Positions 61,319 through 64,000 of a stretch of DNA of 64,000 nucleotides are shown here, in pieces. Origin of the DNA: an uncultured Planctomycetaceae bacterium (GTDB lineage: Bacteria; Planctomycetota; Planctomycetia; Isosphaerales; Isosphaeraceae); assembly GCA_963833985.1 (NCBI GenBank), contig CAWIAD010000002.1:352001-416000 (forward strand), given 5' to 3'. Below the pieces are notes generated by a model. That model had not been told where the DNA came from, ran no database searches, and saw nothing but the letters and a program-made list of their open reading frames with translations. A program made the translations under genes and the position numbers. Each line of letters begins with the position of its first letter. Position 1 is the first letter of the stretch.

Positions 61319-62535
61319 TGCCTTCCCTGCCCAGTTCGGCCGGCTTGGGCTCGAGGCTCAAGCGACGCCATGGCTGGAGGTGCAGCTTCCTGGTGCAGAG
61401 CCTTTCAAGCTGCCCCACCCCGAGCACGGAGATGCTCCAGGAGCTGGAGATTCACCAGCTACCGCTGGCGTCCGAACACAGGTCGAAGGAAGGCATTCCC
61501 TGGCCGCAGATTTTCGGGATGTATCTCGAGCAATGCGAGACGCTGTTCAACGCTGTACGTGCCCGCCCCGAGCTCAGGCCGGACCTCGTCGTTGCCCATG
61601 GCGGCCGCGGTGCTCCGACGCTCTTCTTGAAGGAGCTGCTCGAGTGCCCGATTGTCAACTACTGCGAGTACTACTTCGCGACCAGCCACCGCGACATCTC
61701 GTACCGCATCGACCTGCCCCCTGCCGAGCCGGCGCCGTTCTTTCCGCGGTGCATCAACGCCCCCACGCTGACCTCGCTGGTCGATTGCGATGCGGGCTAC
61801 TCGGCGACGCACTGGCAGAAGGCGTCCTTTCCCGCGCGGTTCCATTCCAGGATCGAGGTCCACTTCGACGGCATTGACACGGCGCTGTACCGTCCCGGTC
61901 CCGCACCGCGGCGGATTGGAACCGCGTCCATTCCCGAGGACGCCAGGGTCGTGACGTTCGTATCCCGCGGGCTGGAATCGATCCGCGGCTTCGACATCTT
62001 CATGAAGGTGGCCGGCCGGATCTGCCGGGAGCGGCAGGACGTGGTCTGCGTCGTGGTCGGCGGAGACGAGATTCATTACGGCTGGGACACGTTGCACACC
62101 GGGTCGCCAAGCTTCAAGCAGTGGGTCTTGAGCCAGGAAACCTACGACCTGTCGCGCTTTCTCTTCACCGGCCGGGTCCTTCCAGAGTGCCTGGCCGAGA
62201 TTCTGCGCATCAGTCATCTGCACATCTACCTGTCGGCCCCGTTCGTGGTTTCCTGGTCGCTGTTCAATGCCATGGCGACCGGAGTACCTGTGCTGGCTTC
62301 GGACGTCGAGCCGGTACGCGAGATCATCGAGTCAGGCGTCAACGGCCTGCTCGAGCCGCTCTTCGACATCGACCGGCTGACGGCCGCGGCCCTGGCGATG
62401 CTGGACGATCCCGCGGCTTTCGCGCCACTGGGACAGGCGGCGCGCCGGACCATCGAAGAGCGTTATTCCATTGACTGCTGCATCCCGCCCCTGCATGACT
62501 TCTTCCAGCGCGTGGCGGCCAGCACCGGCTCCTGA
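61296..62535 (+). CDS. Glycosyltransferase family 4 (ExpC-like), paralog of the upstream gene; frameshift near 61355
   Basis: MHVLFLHDAFPAQF, then continuation in ORF 61300-62535: FVSRGLESIRGF, PFVVSWSLFNAMATG. Confidence 0.85.
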
Positions 62536-62823
62536 GCAGGGGCGCGGGACAAGTGACAGAGGACAGCCCGCGATTCGCGTGCAAGCCGCGATGAAAGCTG
62601 GGGGCAGCCCCGGTACGATACGAAAAATCGCCGGCGTGCTGTCCTCGATCGAGCCGGCCGCGCAAGTCAATGGCTATGGACCGGAGCATGACCGAGCGAC
62701 CAGACGCCCTTCTTGCCGAGGCCGAAGCCGTGGTCCTGTACGACCCCAGCTTCCCCCCGGACCCATTCGCACCTTGAGCACCGTATGGTCGCGAACGGAT
62801 TTGCTCCGGCAGAACGGCCCTTG

Positions 62824-64000
62824 TCAATTCTCCTGAGCTTTGAGCAAGACGGCCAGCTCGCGGAAGAAGCGGTCCCACTCGATGGGCTTGCTGATGTGTT
62901 CATTGCAACCGAGGCGCAGGCACTCCTCGCGGTCCTGGCTCATCGCGTAGGCGGTGACGGCCACGATGGGGGCCGTGAAGCCGCCGGCGCGAAGCTGGCG
63001 GACGGCCTCGTAGCCGTCGAGCACCGGCATCTCCATGTCCATGATCACGGCATCGAACGGGCGGCCTTGCGCGGCCGCGGCATGAACCAGTTCAACGGCT
63101 TCCTTGCCGTTTCGCGCCGGCACCACTTCAGCACCGGTGCTGTTCAGGCGCAGCGTGATCAACTGCCGGTTGGCCTCGTGATCCTCGGCCAGCAAGATGC
63201 GGGCGTCAAGCCTTGGCACGGAAGGCGTGCGCACGCTGGCAGTTGCCCCGAGCGTTTCTTGCCGTTTGCCGGGAAGACCGGGACGTGCCGGTACTTCGGA
63301 CAGGTGGAGGCTCACGGGAATCTGCAACGTGAATCGGGTGCCCACAGCTGGGGTGCTCTGCACAGTCACATCGCCCCCAAGCTGCTGCGCCAGGCGACGA
63401 GAAATGGTCAGGCCCAGGCCAGTGCCTCGAGGCGCATCGCCGCATGTGGTGCGTACGCGGTAGAACGGCTGGAAAAGACAGAGCATCTCCTCGGCCGTCA
63501 TGCCCACGCCGGTATCGCTCACAGAGATCACCAGTAAGGCCCGGTCTCCGGAGCAATCGACCACCCGACCGGCCAGACGGACGCCGCCCTGCTCGGTGAA
63601 CTTGATGGCGTTGTTGACCAGGTTGACCAGAATCTGCTGGAGCCGCAACCGGTCGATGCTGATCAGCGGAGGAGACTCGCCGCCGAGATCCATTTCCAGG
63701 GTCAATCGCTTGGACTCCGCCCAGGAACGAATCGACCCGACCACATCGTTGAGAAGCTGCGGCAGCGAGCAGGGCTCGCACTGCAATCGAAGCTGACCGG
63801 ATTCAATGCGTGCCACGTCCAGCAGATCGTCGATCAGGGCCAGCAGCATGCGCCCGTGCTCGTGGATGTTGCGAAGGTAGTCGCCGATCTCGGGAGGCCC
63901 GTGATGCAAGTAGGGATGCTCCGCCAGCAACTCGTTGAACCCGAGCAATGCGCTCAGAGGCGTTCGGATCTCATGGCTGACGTTCGGAAAGAAACTCACT
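62824..64000 (-). CDS. Hybrid sensor histidine kinase with receiver domain (5' end outside the window)
   Basis: SHEIRTPL, NLVNNAIKFT, DTGVGM, GTGLGL, receiver LLAEDH...MDMEMPVLDG...KP. Confidence 0.95.
   Translation of the reverse strand, partial: VSFFPNVSHEIRTPLSALLGFNELLAEHPYLHHGPPEIGDYLRNIHEHGRMLLALIDDLLDVARIESGQLRLQCEPCSLPQLLNDVVGSIRSWAESKRLTLEMDLGGESPPLISIDRLRLQQILVNLVNNAIKFTEQGGVRLAGRVVDCSGDRALLVISVSDTGVGMTAEEMLCLFQPFYRVRTTCGDAPRGTGLGLTISRRLAQQLGGDVTVQSTPAVGTRFTLQIPVSLHLSEVPARPGLPGKRQETLGATASVRTPSVPRLDARILLAEDHEANRQLITLRLNSTGAEVVPARNGKEAVELVHAAAAQGRPFDAVIMDMEMPVLDGYEAVRQLRAGGFTAPIVAVTAYAMSQDREECLRLGCNEHISKPIEWDRFFRELAVLLKAQEN

Overview
High-GC bacterial window, most likely Planctomycetota of the Isosphaeraceae type. 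This is inferred from the DWG-type Ser/Thr kinase, kinase-associated ECF sigma factors, an LEPR-XLL-like leader, DUF4058 and a zinc-ribbon membrane protein. Housekeeping blocks are SRP RNA-dnaX-ybaB-recR, plsX-fabD-fabG-acpP-fabF and rpsL-rpsG. Between them lie proteases (DegP-like, M16, M48, M19), glycoside hydrolases and glycosyltransferases, MMPL, NDH-2, a VapBC-like module and signalling genes. The standout is a minus-strand ubiquitin-like conjugation operon at 36358-40555: a Ubl ending in ...VVAG, a UBC-type E2, a ThiF-type E1 with a probable ubiquitin-fold domain, and a JAMM peptidase with two TM helices and a coiled coil. E2, E1 and JAB overlap at their stop/start codons and carry SIM-like acidic-hydrophobic motifs. 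Other notable items: an A9 slippery site in dnaX with immediate stops in both alternative frames; a 340-bp duplication of the fabF 3' end that flanks a TA module and is fused to a kinase N-terminus; a 65-aa LEPR-XLL-like peptide next to a TPR kinase; and a ~1,500-aa protein with a voltage-sensor-like S1-S4 unit but no visible pore. Many genes carry apparent single-base frameshifts, probably long-read assembly errors. All calls come from reading motifs by eye; no searches were run.
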